This document shows, piece after piece, positions 34,158-35,528 of a stretch of 35,528 bases of DNA. Under the pieces are notes generated by a model. It saw nothing but the letters and a program-made list of their open reading frames with translations. It ran no database searches and was not told the DNA's origin. The position numbers and the translations under genes were made by a program. Positions within the stretch are counted from its first letter, which is position 1. Every line of letters starts with the position of its first letter. Location: the IMG/VR virus record IMGVR_UViG_3300044723_001885, positions 1 through 35,528 of that record. One strand, written 5' to 3'. Source of the DNA: a virus (taxonomy: Duplodnaviria > Caudoviricetes).

Positions 34158-34264
34158 CAGGAAATATTGCCTGCCTGCCTGCGCCTGCGCCCCTGTTTCT
34201 ATAATAGAAAACCACGGCCTGCCTGCGCCTGCGCCTGCGCCCCCGCATTATAAAGAAGAAGAAA

Positions 34265-34678
34265 AAAGAAACTGGGACAGCAAATGCTGTCCCAGTCTGG
34301 TTCATTTGGCATGAGGCTGGTTCATGTGTTTCAGGCGGCATTTTTTCGCACAGGAAGATTCCCCCTGCATAACAAAACTACATCGCCCTATGATCCCATT
34401 GACATAGTAGTAATAGCCATGATGTTTTCCGTGTTTGGTCACCGGAAATACCGGACACTTCCAGACAGTAGGATCCATATTATCTTGCGTATATTTGTCA
34501 AGAAGACCTTCCAGCCCATTGAATCTTTCGATCCAATCCGATTCAACTGTGACAGGATGATAGATTTTAATTCCATCACTCGTATACCAAATTGCACAGC
34601 TCGCGGAGTATTTCTTTCCCATCTTTACCTCCATAGTTTCAAAGAAACTGGGACAGCAAGTGCTGTCCCAGTCTGGTT
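34265..34678. repeat. 38-bp direct repeat (one mismatch) containing a 12-bp hairpin; two copies
   Basis: AAAGAAACTGGGACAGCAA[A/G]TGCTGTCCCAGTCTGGTT at 34265-34302 and 34641-34678, each just after a minus-strand stop codon; terminator-like. Confidence 0.95.
34302..34622 (-). CDS. Hypothetical protein
   Basis: Starts MGKKYS after the repeated AAACTATGGAGGTAAAG leader. Confidence 0.6.
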   Translation of the reverse strand: MGKKYSASCAIWYTSDGIKIYHPVTVESDWIERFNGLEGLLDKYTQDNMDPTVWKCPVFPVTKHGKHHGYYYYVNGIIGRCSFVMQGESSCAKKCRLKHMNQPHAK

Positions 34679-34914
34679 TAACGGATCAGTTTCAGTTTGT
34701 CATGCTCAAGCCGATAGAACTTGATCGAGTGAAACTCTTCCCCTCGAGCAGGTCGTTTACCGACCGTGATGACCTGTCCATCACAAGATTTACTGGGGAA
34801 TGCCTTATTTAACTTGGCTAGTTTTTCCCCGGCTTCTTTGAGTGACGAAGCACAAGACCAGATAATAGCATAACTATTGATCTGAGTCGGTGTGTGATAC
34901 CATATCTTACCCAT
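34678..34914 (-). CDS. Hypothetical protein
   Basis: Starts MGKIWY after the repeated leader. Confidence 0.6.
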   Translation of the reverse strand: MGKIWYHTPTQINSYAIIWSCASSLKEAGEKLAKLNKAFPSKSCDGQVITVGKRPARGEEFHSIKFYRLEHDKLKLIR

Positions 34915-35119
34915 CTTTACCTCCATAGTTTGATAGTGTTTCCGCCGTTTCAAGAACATCAAGAGTATGCATGAGTTTGTTGCGAGTATAAAAATACTCA
35001 TCTGCTCCGAACTCTACTGATGCTTTGATGTCTTTTCGGACAATATCAATTAGTTCTTCGGTGCACAGTGGATGGTTAAATAACTTCATCCAATATTGCT
35101 TTAGTTCTTTAGTGACCAT
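34907..35119 (-). CDS. Hypothetical protein
   Basis: Starts MVTKEL after the repeated leader; reads through the next leader. Confidence 0.6.
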   Translation of the reverse strand: MVTKELKQYWMKLFNHPLCTEELIDIVRKDIKASVEFGADEYFYTRNKLMHTLDVLETAETLSNYGGKDG

Positions 35120-35145
35120 CTTTACCTCCATAGTTTGATGGTGAT

Positions 35146-35525
35146 GGTGGGGAGCATTGTGCTCCCCACCGGAGTGATTAGAACCAGAAGAACTTGGTTC
35201 TTGGATTGCCTACTCTCTTGACCTTGTCGAACTCTTCTTGACCATACAGTTCGATGAACTGATCTTTGGTCGGTGCAAGTTCGGATGGCTTCGAGATGGC
35301 TTTTCTCTCTCCAACCCCAGTCTCTTCTCCCATCTTCTCGAGAGTTGATTTTGCCTCGGTCAATCTCTTCAGCATGAACTCGACAAGTTCATGCTGATCT
35401 TTCAATGCCAGTTCATCGAACTGGTCGATCGTGCCGAGTTGGGGATCAGGAAAGATATCCGTCATCTTGAGTGCTTGATTGTTCATAACTACCTCCATAG
35501 TTGAGGGGAGCATTGTGCTCCCCTC
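35146..35525. repeat. Second hairpin family GGGGAGCA-TTG-TGCTCCCC; two copies
   Basis: 35146-35170 and 35503-35525, each immediately upstream (minus sense) of a leader; no U-tract. Confidence 0.9.
35178..35486 (-). CDS. Hypothetical protein
   Basis: Starts MNNQALK after the variant leader. Confidence 0.65.
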   Translation of the reverse strand: MNNQALKMTDIFPDPQLGTIDQFDELALKDQHELVEFMLKRLTEAKSTLEKMGEETGVGERKAISKPSELAPTKDQFIELYGQEEFDKVKRVGNPRTKFFWF

Positions 35526-35528
35526 GAC

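Larger units (their letters stand above)
32377..34244 (+). repeat. Six dispersed clusters of co-oriented (G)CCTGC(G) repeats
   Basis: Clusters at 32377-32399, 32434-32464, 32487-32520, 33314-33340, 34169-34194 and 34217-34244; about 20 CCTGC copies, each cluster ending CTGCGCC[CT]. Confidence 0.9.
34619..35502 (-). repeat. Repeated translation-initiation leader AAACTATGGAGGTAAAGATGG
   Basis: Exact 21-mers at 34619-34639, 34911-34931 and 35116-35136; variant AACTATGGAGGTAGTTATG at 35484-35502. Confidence 0.95.

Noticed and set aside
31288-34244. Short repeat arrays as a CRISPR locus
   Set aside because: Units are 5-9 bp, tandem or inverted, with no constant ~30-bp repeat separated by unique spacers and no cas genes.
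34265-35525. Hairpins as integron attC sites
   Set aside because: An AAC...GTT pair flanks the 38-bp repeat, but the elements are too short, match GTTRRRY poorly, and no integron integrase is visible.
1-35528. tRNA, rRNA, integrase, transposase, intron or intein
   Set aside because: None recognised by eye; the polymerase, helicases and primase appear uninterrupted. A tRNAscan/Infernal run would be needed to exclude RNA genes formally.

Overview
A 35.5-kb fragment of a tailed dsDNA phage genome, most likely a podovirus of the marine uncultured type (inferred from the gene content; host not determinable here). 1-17.7 kb (+): tail fibre with an S74-type chaperone, other tail/virion proteins, an AT-rich island with three 2OG-Fe(II) oxygenases, a split P22 gp10-like stabilisation gene, four internal virion/ejection proteins, a T4-type lysozyme and a PD-(D/E)XK nuclease. 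17.7-24.8 kb (-): family A DNA polymerase, UvrD-like helicase, AlpA-like HTH, AEP primase and an SSB-like protein. 24.9-26.8 kb (+): SNF2 helicase unit. 26.8-31.2 kb (-): operon of small early-type genes. 31.3-31.6 kb: TGTCAC repeat array. 31.6-32.5 kb (+): terminase small subunit and a resolvase-like nuclease. 32.6-35.5 kb (-): short transcription units separated by CCTGCG arrays, repeated leaders and hairpins. Most notable: (i) a putative ~65-nt sRNA with its own promoter and terminator, carrying an anti-Shine-Dalgarno loop plus a second seed, complementary to the 5' leaders of several of the phage's own early operons; (ii) a 46-aa ArfA-like ORF missed by the ORF track, with an intrinsic terminator before its stop codon; (iii) a major-capsid-N-terminus-like peptide embedded in an early gene. 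All family assignments come from motif recognition by eye; no searches or folding programs were run.
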